Below are positions 46,635 to 56,709 of a stretch of 64,000 nt of DNA, in pieces (position 1 is the first letter of the stretch; every line of letters begins with the position of its first letter). Made by a program: the position numbers and the translations under genes. The notes beneath the pieces were generated by a model. That model searched no databases, was not told the DNA's origin, and worked only from the letters and a program-made list of their open reading frames with translations. The stretch covers positions 21,574-85,573 of the forward strand of contig JBMONO010000011.1 of the NCBI GenBank assembly GCA_049323655.1, read 5' to 3'. This DNA comes from Thermodesulfobacteriota bacterium. Its GTDB lineage: Bacteria > Desulfobacterota > Desulfobulbia > Desulfobulbales > SURF-16.

Positions 46635-48170
46635 TTAATGTACCAGTTTGCTGTCGCGGCTGTACTCAAAAGAATCGTCATGCTCCGGGACATGGCAGAG
46701 CAGGCAGATATCCGCCGCCGGTTTGGCGGCGAGTTTCTGGTTGGTCGGATCGCTGGTGTGGAGCAGTGCCGGGCCATGGCATGACTCGCAGCCGACGTTG
46801 CGCAGGTTCTCGGGCAGGGTGAGGGCCATGACCTGGTCCTGTCGGGAAACGCCGGTCACATGACAGTAGAGGCAGGCGGCATTGAACTGCTGGTTCTTGT
46901 CAACCAGCGTCTGATAGGCCCGGCCGTGCTGACTCTGCTGCCAGGTGTCGCTGATCTCGCGATGACACTCGAAACAGGCCTGGCTGCCGGCATAGCCCGG
47001 AAGCCCGAGTTGATCCGTCACCTGTCTGCCCATGGTGTTGATCTTTTTTCTGGTCTCCTTGTTGATCGCTGCGATTTCTTGGTCATCGGCAAGACTGACG
47101 GCGATTTCCAGAAAGCGGTTTTCATAGGTTGACCCTGCCGGGTTTTCCTTCTTTTTTTCCTCTGCCAGCCGGATCTCCTGCTCCAGGGACTTCATCCTCT
47201 CGGCGATTTTCCGGTAGGCGTTGAGGGTTGCCGGCTTATCCTTGAAAATTACCTCCGGATCACCCTTTTGCTGGATCCTGTCAAGCTGCCAGGCAAGGCG
47301 ATCATGCTCCTGTTTTTTGAGCAGCGCGTCATCCTGGCCGTGATCTTCCCATTTGCCGCTGTCATTCCAGGTGATGGCGATTTTGCCCAGATATTTTCCC
47401 CGCCTTTCCGTCTGACAGATCAGGGTGTTGCCCTGCAATACCGGTGGGATATTGTGGGCCTGGCGGGTGGAGTGAACGAGCAAGTGGATATCCTCGAATT
47501 GATGGCTGATTTTTTTGTTTTCCTCGGCACCGGCACTGGAGAGAAGGATGATAAAGTCGGTGTGCGGCCGCAGCTCGGCCATGATCTTCGGCAGCGCCTC
47601 CTCCCAGGAGAGGATCCGGTAACCTGAATCGGTTTTGCCTGGAGGCGAATTGTCATTGCCGGTCAGACCGATGATGCCGATACGCAGGCCATTCCTTTCC
47701 AGGACGAGAGAGGGGGAAAAGAGCGGGGTGTTGCGGGCGTCAACCAGGTTGGCGCTCAGCCAGGTAAATGAGGAAACCTTGGCCTGCTGTTGCAGAAAGT
47801 CGAGACCGCCGCCCAGATCGTTAGGGGAGACGCCAACGGCATGATAGCCCATGCGGTTGTATGCGGCGACGATGCCCTCGGCATTGATTTTTGCCTGCTC
47901 GCCTGACCTGCCCGGTGGGATCGGCAATTTGTCGAAAAGCGGGGCGCCGGCGTCGACCAGCAGCATGGTTGCCGGGTCAAATCCCTGTTGGGTGAGCAGT
48001 GTTTGTTTTTTGGGCAGACCGCCCAGTTGTTTTGTCTTTCAGCCGCACGGTTCGGTTTCCCCGTGGATGTCGTTGGTGTAAAAAACGGTCAGTTTTCCTG
48101 TGGTTCCTGCATGCAGGGCAGCAGGAAGAAGAACGAGCAACAGCAGTAAAAACGTCCGGAGAAGATGCAT
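46635..48170 (-). CDS. UshA-like selenoprotein (Sec44, C-G-U) fused to a tetraheme cytochrome c (c554-like) domain, 511 aa
   Basis: ORFs 48039-48227 and 46635-47966 are in frame across a single TGA (48039-48041): signal peptide-TNDIHGETEPCG-U-KTKQLGGL...LLVDAG; four CxxCH motifs (CFECH, CLYCH, CESCH, CLLCH). Confidence 0.85.
48011..48041 (-). promoter_or_regulatory. UGA plus putative bacterial SECIS hairpin
   Basis: UGA, then 13 nt, then UGGGC-GGUCU-GCCCA stem-loop with a G-leading apical loop. Confidence 0.7.
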
Positions 48171-48181
48171 GGTTGCTTCCT

Positions 48182-49507
48182 TTACTGTTTTGGGGTGGAT
48201 TTTCTTTGGGAGAGAATAAGACGCCATTTGGTCAGCCTGTCCTTGATGGTCGCTTCATAGCCGCGGGTGGTCGGTTCGTAGTAACGGGCGCCGTGCAGTT
48301 CCTCGGGCAGGTGGTCCTGATCAACCAGGGCCAGGGAGGAATCGTGAGCATACTGGTAACCCTTGCCGTAACCGAGTTCTTTCATTAATCTGGTCGGCGC
48401 GTTGCGGATGTGGAGCGGCACCGGCAGGCTGCCGGTCCGCTCGATGTCCTGGGTAACCAGGTTGAAGGCAGCGTAGGTGGCGTTGCTTTTGGGCGCGGTG
48501 GCAAGATAGATGGTTGCCTGGGCCAGGGCGAGCTCACCTTCCGGGGAGCCCAGCATGTGATAGGTTGCCCGGGCGTTGAGAGCGAGGGCAAGGGCCTGGG
48601 GATCGGCATTGCCGACATCCTCGGAGGCGAAGCGGATCAGGCGCCGGGCGATGTAGAGCGGGTCTTCGCCGGCTTTCAGCATGCGAACAAGCCAGTAGAG
48701 GGCGCCATCGGGGTCGCTGTCGCGCAGGCTTTTGTGGAGAGCGGAAATGAGGTTATAGTGCTCCTCGCCGTCCGCGTCGTAGCGGAGACTGGTGCGGTGA
48801 AAGGCGTCGGTGACAATATCCAGGGTGACGTGCCGAATGCCGTCCTCGCTTTGTGGCGCCAGTGACGCCGCCAGTTCCATGCTGTTGAGCAGCCGGCGGC
48901 CGTCGCCGTCCGCCATGGCAATGAGATGGTCAACCGCCTCATCGGCAAAAGACAGATTACGGTCGCCCAGACCGTTTTTGCTGTCTGCCAGGGCCCGCGC
49001 GAAGATGGTATTGAGATCAGCGGGCGAGAGCGGGGTAAGGGGCAGCACCCGGCATCGGGACAAAAGGGGAGCGATGATCTGAAAGGAGGGGTTCTCGGTG
49101 GTGGCGCCGATAAGAATGATGAGACCGCTTTCCACATGGGGGAGAAAGGCATCCTGCTGCGCCTTGTTGAACCGGTGGATTTCATCGACAAAAAGAATGG
49201 TGGACAAGCCGGCAAACTGGTTCTGCCGGGCCTCTTCGATGATCTGACGAATCTCCTTTACGCCTGCCAGTACCGCGGAAAAAAAGATAAAGGCCGCCTC
49301 GGTCGAGCGGGCGAGAATCCGCGCCAGTGTCGTTTTGCCGGTGCCGGGCGGTCCCCAGAGAATAAGCGACGGCAGCCGGTTTTCCTCAAGCAGGCGCCAC
49401 AGTATCTTTCCTTCGCCCAGCAGGTGTTCCTGCCCGGCGAATTCGCTGAGCTGCTGGGGCCGCATGCGTTCGGCCAGCGGTTTATTGTCCGGAGCCGGGG
49501 TAATCAT
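48182..49507 (-). CDS. rarA: Replication-associated recombination protein A (MgsA/RarA)
   Basis: [49 protein letters not shown]. Confidence 0.96.
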   Translation of the reverse strand: MITPAPDNKPLAERMRPQQLSEFAGQEHLLGEGKILWRLLEENRLPSLILWGPPGTGKTTLARILARSTEAAFIFFSAVLAGVKEIRQIIEEARQNQFAGLSTILFVDEIHRFNKAQQDAFLPHVESGLIILIGATTENPSFQIIAPLLSRCRVLPLTPLSPADLNTIFARALADSKNGLGDRNLSFADEAVDHLIAMADGDGRRLLNSMELAASLAPQSEDGIRHVTLDIVTDAFHRTSLRYDADGEEHYNLISALHKSLRDSDPDGALYWLVRMLKAGEDPLYIARRLIRFASEDVGNADPQALALALNARATYHMLGSPEGELALAQATIYLATAPKSNATYAAFNLVTQDIERTGSLPVPLHIRNAPTRLMKELGYGKGYQYAHDSSLALVDQDHLPEELHGARYYEPTTRGYEATIKDRLTKWRLILSQRKSTPKQ

Positions 49508-50316
49508 GGTGTTGTGGTAAAAAGCCGGATGATTTTTTCTGCCAGCCGTTCGGAGGAAAAAACCAGGGATTCGAGATCGAGGTAATCCAGAACCCCGGCA
49601 TCGTAGAGAATCTTGACCCTGGCCGGAAAGGCGTCCTCTTTTTCCTCATCCCAGAAAAGAAGCTGCTGGGGCAGCCGGGGCAGCACCGGGACGAGAAAGG
49701 TCAGGTCCGTTGCTGCCGAGGACAGGGGGGCGGCGCCGACAGAGCGGCAGGCGGCGATGATTTTCGTTCTCGACTGACCGGCAAAGAGCCGGGCCAGCGG
49801 CTCCTCACAGTAACGGGCCAGGGTTTTCACCTTGGAGATGGAGTTTGGCAGGCTTTCCAGGCCGATCCATTCTCCGGTCGGCGGCGCTCCGCCGCCGAAA
49901 CGGATATAATTGTAAAGGAGAATCTGATCCCGCGGGTCTTCCGGTTCGCGGCCGTCGATCAGGAGCGTCCTCTGATCCAGCAGGACCTGATGGTTGAGAT
50001 AAGAAAAGGAAAGGCGGCCGTCGTTCTCGGCGGAGGGGGGATGAATGCCGAGGGCTGGAGTGATGGCGGCCAGGTCGAGATCAGCGATCTGCCCCCGCAG
50101 CCGTCGGACCAGTTCGAGATCATGCTGTTCACCGAGTTTGTCGAGCCCGGCGCCGGGTTGCTTGTCCAGAACGAGGCCGTCGAGGCGGAGAAAGGGGCAT
50201 TTCCGCGGGTCTTCGCCGCTGCGCGCCACGTTGGCGGCAAAGGCAAGACAGGTGGGGTAGCCACACTGGCCGCAGTTTGTTTTCGGGGTCCGCTGGACAA
50301 TATCGAGGGGATTCAT
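49504..50316 (-). CDS. DUF3786 protein with N-terminal 4Fe-4S (CxxCxxxxC...CP) domain
   Basis: PKTNCGQCGYPTCLAFA...CP; QILLYNY, VLPRLP, FWD. Confidence 0.8.
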   Translation of the reverse strand: MNPLDIVQRTPKTNCGQCGYPTCLAFAANVARSGEDPRKCPFLRLDGLVLDKQPGAGLDKLGEQHDLELVRRLRGQIADLDLAAITPALGIHPPSAENDGRLSFSYLNHQVLLDQRTLLIDGREPEDPRDQILLYNYIRFGGGAPPTGEWIGLESLPNSISKVKTLARYCEEPLARLFAGQSRTKIIAACRSVGAAPLSSAATDLTFLVPVLPRLPQQLLFWDEEKEDAFPARVKILYDAGVLDYLDLESLVFSSERLAEKIIRLFTTTP

Positions 50317-50321
50317 ATCCC

Positions 50322-50597
50322 TCACAAAACCATTGTAATTGAGGCGTGGTGACGGAGGGCGGCAAAGAAAAAGTTTCTCGCCTCTTCGGAGGCCACCGTC
50401 ACCTCAAGGTTGAAGGAAATATATCTGCCGGTGCGGCTCGTATGGGAAAGGTCAAGAGTGTGTTCCGTCTCCCCCATGATCTGCTGAACCGCGACTTCGA
50501 TCTCCCTGGCCTCGGAACCGATGATTTTATAGAGCCAGCGACAGGGGTACTCAATTACCGGTTTGTCTTCATGTATGTTGCTGTTCATGGTCGTCAT
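50322..50597 (-). CDS. DUF493/YbeD-family protein
   Basis: IEYPC.W.YKIIG, SRTGRYIS; GGAGG RBS before MTTM. Confidence 0.85.
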   Translation of the reverse strand: MTTMNSNIHEDKPVIEYPCRWLYKIIGSEAREIEVAVQQIMGETEHTLDLSHTSRTGRYISFNLEVTVASEEARNFFFAALRHHASITMVL

Positions 50598-50727
50598 GCC
50601 GACACCTCCGGTGGGCGATACCAGTGCCAGGTTGAGGTGCTGAGATAAAAAAAGGAAGTTGCTCTGTTCATCCATGCTGAGACGAGGTAGTATACATGAG
50701 ATGAATTTCATACGCAATGCAGATGAC

Positions 50728-52494
50728 ATGAAAGAGGAAGGTCGTTTTCTGCCGACGTCGGCGGTGGAGATGGCGGCCCTGGGCTGGAATCGGCCCGATA
50801 TTATTCTGGTGACGGGCGATGCCTATGTCGATCATCCCGCCTTCGGCGTGGCCCTGATCGGTCGTCTACTTGCCGCCAACGGCTACCGGGTGGCGGTGCT
50901 GGCCCAGCCGCGCCATGACAGTCATGAGGATTTCCGGCAGTTCGGTCCGCCCCGGCTTTTCTGGGGCATAACCGCCGGCAACCTCGATTCCATTGTCGCC
51001 AATTATTCCGGCAACGGCAAGGTGCGGGACGAGGATCATTACTCCCCGGCCGGCAATCCCTATTTTGGCGACCTGCGGATCAAAAACGAACGGCGGCGCC
51101 CGGATCGGGCGACCATCCGCTACGCGAACCTCGCCCGCAGCGCCTATGCCGGGGTGCCGATCATCCTGGGCGGCATCGAGGCCTCCCTGCGCCGTTTCGT
51201 CCACTACGACTATCAGCAGAACAAGCTGCGCGCCTCGGTGTTGACCGACGCCAAGTCCGATCTTCTGGTTTACGGCATGGGGGAACGGGCGGTGCTGGAG
51301 GTGGCGGCAAGACTGGCCAATGGTCGGGATCTTGCCGGCATTGCCGGCACCTGCCGCCGCCTGACTGAGGCGGAGTTTGCCCGCTTGGCAACGACAGATA
51401 CGGTCATTTTGCCATCATTTGCCGCCATCATGGAGGATATGCGGCTTTTTCTCCAGGCCGAGCGCGTTATCGATGCCCATGCCCGCGCCCTCGCGCCAAC
51501 GGTACTTGCGCAGCAACAGCAAGGCCTCTGGGTGGTACAGCAGCCGCCCGCCACCCCACTGAGCAGCGAGGAACTCGATGCCCTCTCGTCTCTGCCCTTT
51601 GTCCGCAAGCCCCATCCTGATGCGGGAGACGTGCCGGCCTATCGGATGATCCGCCATTCCGTTACCATCGTCCGCGGTTGTTTCGGCAATTGCTCATTCT
51701 GTGCCATTGCTCGCCATCAGGGCCCGGTGATCACCTCCCGCAGTGTCGATTCGGTGCTTGCCGAGATAAAACGGATTACCCGGATGGACGATTTTCATGG
51801 CACCATAACCGATCTCGGCGGCCCCACTGCCAATCTCTACGGGCTGGGCTGCCGCAGCACCGGTTGTCGGCGCCATGACTGCCTTGCCGATGGCGGCTGC
51901 CGCCATCTCGTCGTCGACGAGAAGCCGCTGCTCACTTTGCTTGACCAGGCCGCGCGCATCCCCGGGGTCAAGCATGTTTTTGTCTCCTCTGGTCTGCGGA
52001 TGGAGTTGCTGCTCCGGACTCCCCGCCTGTTGCGGCAGCTGCTCACCCGGCATACCTCCGGCGCCATGAAAATCGCCCCGGAACACACCGTGCCCCATGT
52101 CTTGCGACTGATGCACAAACAGAAAAACGATGTGCTGCCGGCCTTTGTCGAATTGTGCCGGAAAATCGGGCAAGAAACCGGCAGCAGGGTGGCCTTGACC
52201 CCTTATCTCATCTCTTCCCATCCCGGTTGTTCCGTTGCAGACATGGCGCAATTGGCCGAGGATCTGGCCCGTCTCGCTCTTGTCGTCCGCCAGTTTCAGG
52301 ATTTCACCCCGACACCCGGCACCCTCTCCACTGCCATGTATGTCAGTGGGCTCGATCGCGATACCCTGGTGCCCGTCCATGTGCCCCGGAGCGCCGGCGA
52401 AAGGCACCGCCAGCGCAACATTCTGGAAAGGGCCATGAAACCGGAAGGGCGACCGCCTCGGATCAGGACAGCGCGAAGCAGGCCGGACCGATGA
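50728..52494 (+). CDS. YgiQ-family radical SAM protein
   Basis: [49 protein letters not shown]. Confidence 0.92.
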   Translation: MKEEGRFLPTSAVEMAALGWNRPDIILVTGDAYVDHPAFGVALIGRLLAANGYRVAVLAQPRHDSHEDFRQFGPPRLFWGITAGNLDSIVANYSGNGKVRDEDHYSPAGNPYFGDLRIKNERRRPDRATIRYANLARSAYAGVPIILGGIEASLRRFVHYDYQQNKLRASVLTDAKSDLLVYGMGERAVLEVAARLANGRDLAGIAGTCRRLTEAEFARLATTDTVILPSFAAIMEDMRLFLQAERVIDAHARALAPTVLAQQQQGLWVVQQPPATPLSSEELDALSSLPFVRKPHPDAGDVPAYRMIRHSVTIVRGCFGNCSFCAIARHQGPVITSRSVDSVLAEIKRITRMDDFHGTITDLGGPTANLYGLGCRSTGCRRHDCLADGGCRHLVVDEKPLLTLLDQAARIPGVKHVFVSSGLRMELLLRTPRLLRQLLTRHTSGAMKIAPEHTVPHVLRLMHKQKNDVLPAFVELCRKIGQETGSRVALTPYLISSHPGCSVADMAQLAEDLARLALVVRQFQDFTPTPGTLSTAMYVSGLDRDTLVPVHVPRSAGERHRQRNILERAMKPEGRPPRIRTARSRPDR

Positions 52495-52732
52495 CCCCTT
52501 GATCTGCTGGTGCGAAAAATTGTTTCTGTAATGTCAGTATGTTGACCATGAATAGTGCGTTGTGAACCTTTTGCCGGAGATGGTGGCGGCATGCCGTTAT
52601 TTATCTTGACATCATTTTGGCTGCCATTGTATGTAGACTACTTTACATTATGAGTTGACAGCCGCTCTTTCCCGCGTGTTCCCATGAACCACGGAGGCTT
52701 TTTTCTCCCCCTCCTGAACTGACGAGGACAAT

Positions 52733-53767
52733 GTGGACCCCTCAACCCGCAATGCCAGCCCCCTTCTTGTCGGGATCGACCTCGGCACGTCACGCACCGC
52801 GGTCATGACCAGTACCGGCTTCCGGCAGATTACCCGTTCCATCGTCGGTTACCCCCGGGATGTCGTCAGCCTCAAACTGGTGGGCAAAAATCAGGTTTTC
52901 GGCGATGAAGCCCTTAAATATCACTCTGCCCTGACCCTTTACCGGCCCCTTGAAGACGGGGTGATTCGCGAAGCGAGCAAGAGTGACTACAACGCCGCCT
53001 ATGAGTTGCTCAAGCATGTCATCGGCCAGGCCAAGCAGGGGAGCAATGAGTCGGCCTGTGGAGTCATCGGCGTTCCGGCCCGGGCATCGGTTATGAACAG
53101 GGAGCTGCTCCTGCAGCTTGCCGGCGACCTGCTGAGCCGGACTGTTGTCGTCTCCGAACCGTTCATGGTCGCCTATTATCTTGACAAGCTCTCCAACTCG
53201 ATCATCATCGATATCGGCGCCGGCACCGTCGATATCTGCGGCATGAAGGGAACCATCCCTTCTCCCGATGATCAGGTCACCCTCCTCAAGGCCGGGGATT
53301 ATATCGACGAACGATTCGAATCCGCCATCCGCCAGCATTATCCCGAGGCCCAGGTGACCCGAAATTTTCTGCGGCGCATCAAGGAAGAACATGGATTTGT
53401 CGGCCAGGCGGAAAAACCGGTGATGGTGACCATGCGGTTCGGCGGCAAACCCTACCAGATCGACATCACCGACGATCTTCGTCTGGTCTGTGAAAGTATT
53501 GTGCCCGACATCGTTGAACACCTGGAAACCATCATCAAGGGATTTGATCCGGAGGATCAGCCGGAAACTCTGCGCAACATCTATCTTGCCGGTGGCGGTT
53601 CCCAAATAAAGGGACTTGACCACTATCTCGCAGCTCAACTGCAAGGCTACGGTGAGGTGCGGGTAACCTGTGTGCATGACTCCGATTTTATCGGCAGCGC
53701 CGGAGCTCTGAAAATGGCAACGGAAGTCCCCCCTGAACTGTGGGAGCAAGTCGGCTTCCTGAGCTGA
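52733..53767 (+). CDS. mamK: MamK-family actin-like ATPase, paralog 1
   Basis: GIDLGTSRTAVM, SIVGYPRD, IGVPARAS, VSEPFMVAY, DIGAGTVDIC.MKGT.P..DQVTL.KAG.YIDE, GGGS, GALKMA.E.P..LW: MamK-type rather than MreB-type signatures. Confidence 0.82.
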   Translation: MDPSTRNASPLLVGIDLGTSRTAVMTSTGFRQITRSIVGYPRDVVSLKLVGKNQVFGDEALKYHSALTLYRPLEDGVIREASKSDYNAAYELLKHVIGQAKQGSNESACGVIGVPARASVMNRELLLQLAGDLLSRTVVVSEPFMVAYYLDKLSNSIIIDIGAGTVDICGMKGTIPSPDDQVTLLKAGDYIDERFESAIRQHYPEAQVTRNFLRRIKEEHGFVGQAEKPVMVTMRFGGKPYQIDITDDLRLVCESIVPDIVEHLETIIKGFDPEDQPETLRNIYLAGGGSQIKGLDHYLAAQLQGYGEVRVTCVHDSDFIGSAGALKMATEVPPELWEQVGFLS

Positions 53768-53780
53768 TCACGTGTGAATT

Positions 53781-54281
53781 ATGGATTTTTTTATCTGGTT
53801 CCTGTTTCTCGTCCTGGGGATCGCCGCGGGCAGCGGCGGCACGGCTTATTTTCTGCGTAACAAGGAAAAGCAGGAAAGCGAGCAGACAAAAAACGGTTTT
53901 GAAGAGCAGATCAACGCTCTCAACAACCAGATCCGCGATCTCAAAGCGAAGATGGAAAGCGTCCGCGATGAGGGAAAGCGCTACTGGGATGAACTGCAGC
54001 TTGAGAAGAAATTACGTCAGGAGGCGGAGGAAAAGGTCAAGGTCATTCCCGGACTCGAATCACGGCTGCAGGATAAGGAAGAGCAGGTGGCGGCCCTGGT
54101 CCGGGAAAACGACGACCTGAAAAATTCCCTTGAGACGGCGGTCAGGGAACTGGCTGAGGAGCGCAAATCCTTCCAGGAAAGTCTCATTTATGTCCAGGGA
54201 AATCATTACCTCCCGGCCGGAGTTGTCAGGAACATGATGCGGCAGCAGGAGGAAAAGGGGGGAGAGGGGAGCAAGAGCTGA
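53781..54281 (+). CDS. Single-pass membrane-anchored coiled-coil protein
   Basis: N-terminal hydrophobic helix (FFIWFLFLVLGIAAG...AYFL), then an E/K/Q/L heptad-rich stretch of about 110 aa. Confidence 0.75.
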   Translation: MDFFIWFLFLVLGIAAGSGGTAYFLRNKEKQESEQTKNGFEEQINALNNQIRDLKAKMESVRDEGKRYWDELQLEKKLRQEAEEKVKVIPGLESRLQDKEEQVAALVRENDDLKNSLETAVRELAEERKSFQESLIYVQGNHYLPAGVVRNMMRQQEEKGGEGSKS

Positions 54282-54338
54282 AACCGTCATTCCGTTTTCC
54301 TGGTCATATCTTTTTAAATTATTAACGAAGGACTTCTC

Positions 54339-55406
54339 ATGATGGAAATCCAGCACAAGATACAGGACACACACAAACTGCTCCAGAATCCTCTTCTGGT
54401 TGGCATTGACCTCGGCACCTGCCGGACAGCCGTCATGTCGAACCGGGGCGCCCGCATTATGGTGCGTTCGGTGGTGGGCTATCCCAAGGATGTCATCAGT
54501 GAGCGGATGGTGGGCAGTGGCCCGATCATCGGCCAGGATGCCATTCAGAAACGGAATTTCCTCGACCTCTGTTATCCGCTGGCCGACGGGGTGATCCGCG
54601 AGGCGAGTGAACGCGACTATGATGCCGCCTATGAGTTGATCCGTCATGTGGTCGGACTGGCCCGGCAGGGAGGGGATACCGCCGTCTGCGGCATCATCGG
54701 TGTACCGGCCCGCGCCTCGATCATGAACAAGGAGCTGCTGCTTGACATTGCCAAGGAGGTCATGGCGGTGGCGCTCGTCGTCTCCGAACCATTCATGGTC
54801 GCCTATCAACTCAACAAACTGAGCAACTGCATTGTCATCGACATCGGCGCCGGTACCGTTGACATCTGCGGCATGAAGGGGACGGTCCCCGCCGCTGATG
54901 ACCAGGTGACCTTTCTTAAGGGCGGTGATTTTATCGATGAACGGCTGGAGGCGGCAATCGCCCGTCGCTATCCCGGGGTCCAGATCACCGAATCGGTGGC
55001 CTGCGCCATCAAGGAGGGCCATTCCTTTGTCGGTGACCCGCCGCAGCCTGTTATCGCCAAACTGCGGATGGAGGGGAAACCGGTGGAGCTCGATGTGACG
55101 GATGAGGTCCGCGCCGTCTGCGAAAGCATTGTGCCGGACATCGTCGAGCAGCTGGAAACGCTGGTGATGAAATTTGATCCTGAGGACCAGGAGGAGGCGC
55201 TGCGCAATATCATCCTGGCCGGCGGCGGCTCTCGCATCCGCGGTCTTGACAGGATGATCGCCCGGCAGATGCGCGATTATGGCGAGGTGGTTGTTACCTG
55301 CGTCGACGATCCCGAGTTTATCGGCAGCGCCGGCGCCCTTAAGCTGGCGATGGAGATTCCCACGGAAAAATGGCCGGAAATCGGAGTCATGTTCGGGGCT
55401 GAGTAG
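54339..55406 (+). CDS. mamK: MamK-family actin-like ATPase, paralog 2
   Basis: GIDLGTCRTAVM, SVVGYPKDVI, YPL.DGV, IGVPARAS, ALVVSEPFMV, DIGAGT, VACAIKE, GGGSRIRGL, VTCV.DP.F. Confidence 0.85.
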   Translation: MMEIQHKIQDTHKLLQNPLLVGIDLGTCRTAVMSNRGARIMVRSVVGYPKDVISERMVGSGPIIGQDAIQKRNFLDLCYPLADGVIREASERDYDAAYELIRHVVGLARQGGDTAVCGIIGVPARASIMNKELLLDIAKEVMAVALVVSEPFMVAYQLNKLSNCIVIDIGAGTVDICGMKGTVPAADDQVTFLKGGDFIDERLEAAIARRYPGVQITESVACAIKEGHSFVGDPPQPVIAKLRMEGKPVELDVTDEVRAVCESIVPDIVEQLETLVMKFDPEDQEEALRNIILAGGGSRIRGLDRMIARQMRDYGEVVVTCVDDPEFIGSAGALKLAMEIPTEKWPEIGVMFGAE

Positions 55407-55459
55407 CCGGTTTCCCTCTGATCCGGTGGCGGGAGATAAAGTGAATTGTTCCAGAACAA

Positions 55460-55573
55460 CTAAAAAATTATTACAGAACGTGCATCATACGGAGAGAACA
55501 GACTGTTTACCAAGTATTTTTTCTGTTTCCTCTGTTTTTTTTGCAGTGGCAAAAAGATTTTTACGGATTCACC
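55460..55573 (+). repeat. Degenerate family A element
   Basis: Right half TTTTCTGTTTCCTCTG...GTGGCAAAAAGATTTTTACGGATTCACC resembles 4475-4531; left boundary uncertain. Confidence 0.45.
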
Positions 55574-55580
55574 ACAGCTT

Positions 55581-55696
55581 GACAAACCCTTAAAAAGTCT
55601 TTTTTTACCACAGAGGACACAGGGAAAAACATCTTTAATTGCAATTAGTTACCTCTGTGTGCTCTGTGGTTGATTTTCAGTTTTTACGAGACCGTC
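55581..55696 (-). repeat. Intergenic element, family A, copy 3 (reversed)
   Basis: GACAAACCCTTAAAAAGTCT..ACCACAGAGGACACAGGG...CTCTGTGGTTGATTTTCAGTTTTTACGAGACCGTC. Confidence 0.8.
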
Positions 55697-55764
55697 ACAA
55701 CTTGAAATGCGAGAAAAAGTTTCCCCGGCTGCCGCGGGAAACTTTTTTTGTTGAGGCAACAGAA

Positions 55765-56709
55765 ATGACCGGTACAATACGGAAAGAGATCCTGGTGGCC
55801 ATTGATGGTTCCTATTGTTCGCTGAACGAAATCAATTACTTGCGGCTGTTGTTCACTGGCGCCAATGACATGGCCCTCCACCTGCTCTCTCTCGTCTCTT
55901 CGGCATGTCTGCCACCCAGCGCCGATCTGCTTGGGGAGAGTGACAGGATGGCTCTGCTTTCCGCTGAGGGAAAAAAGAAATACCGACTGGCGGAAAAACA
56001 TCTGGCCGATGCGGTTCATCTTCTTGCCCGCAACGGTTTTCCGACCGAGGCGATCACCTCCTCTGTCCGTCTGGCCCGAGCCGGGGTTGCCAATGATCTT
56101 GTCGAGGAAATGCATCGGGGCCATTATGATGCTCTGCTCGTTGGTCGCCGGGGGCTGGGGAAACTGCAGGGGCTGGTCATGGGCAGCGTGACCGCCGAGC
56201 TGCTCGAAAAATGTCGCAATCTGCCGCTCTGGATCGTTGACGGCGAGGTGCGATCCCGTCATTTTTTTGTCCCGGTTGACGGCAGCAGACGCAGTTTGCG
56301 GGCTGTCGATCATCTCTCCTTTGTTCTCAATGGCATTGAAGACGTCGATATCACCCTCTTTCATTCTGCCGCCTGGCTGAAAGAAAAAAAGCGGGAGGAA
56401 AGGGAAAAACTGCATGAACTCTGGGGGAAACAATGGTGTGAAGAACATCTCGACCGGCCGGACGCCATTTTCCACGGACCTGAGCAGATTCTTCGGGAAA
56501 GCGGTTTTCCCATGGACCGAGTGAGCCGGGCCGATGTCAGCCGGGGTGTGGAGCCGGCCCTTGATATCATGCTGCAGTTGCGCAACGAGAAATACGGCAC
56601 CATTGTCATGGGACGGCGCGGGCCCGATGAACCGACTGGATTTTTCGGCGGCGTGTCGAGCCGTGTCCTGTGGACAGTCAATGATCTTGCCGTGTGGCTG
56701 GTCAATTAA
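55765..56709 (+). CDS. Tandem universal stress protein (two USP domains)
   Basis: ILVAIDGS...VGRRGLG...MGSVT; FVPVDGS...IVMGRRG...GGVS. Confidence 0.9.
   Translation: MTGTIRKEILVAIDGSYCSLNEINYLRLLFTGANDMALHLLSLVSSACLPPSADLLGESDRMALLSAEGKKKYRLAEKHLADAVHLLARNGFPTEAITSSVRLARAGVANDLVEEMHRGHYDALLVGRRGLGKLQGLVMGSVTAELLEKCRNLPLWIVDGEVRSRHFFVPVDGSRRSLRAVDHLSFVLNGIEDVDITLFHSAAWLKEKKREEREKLHELWGKQWCEEHLDRPDAIFHGPEQILRESGFPMDRVSRADVSRGVEPALDIMLQLRNEKYGTIVMGRRGPDEPTGFFGGVSSRVLWTVNDLAVWLVN

Noticed and set aside
52733-55406. Annotation as mreB
   Set aside because: Lacks MreB-type signatures (GIDLGTANT, EPSVVA, IEEPMAAAIG, DIGGGT) and there are no mreC/mreD neighbours.
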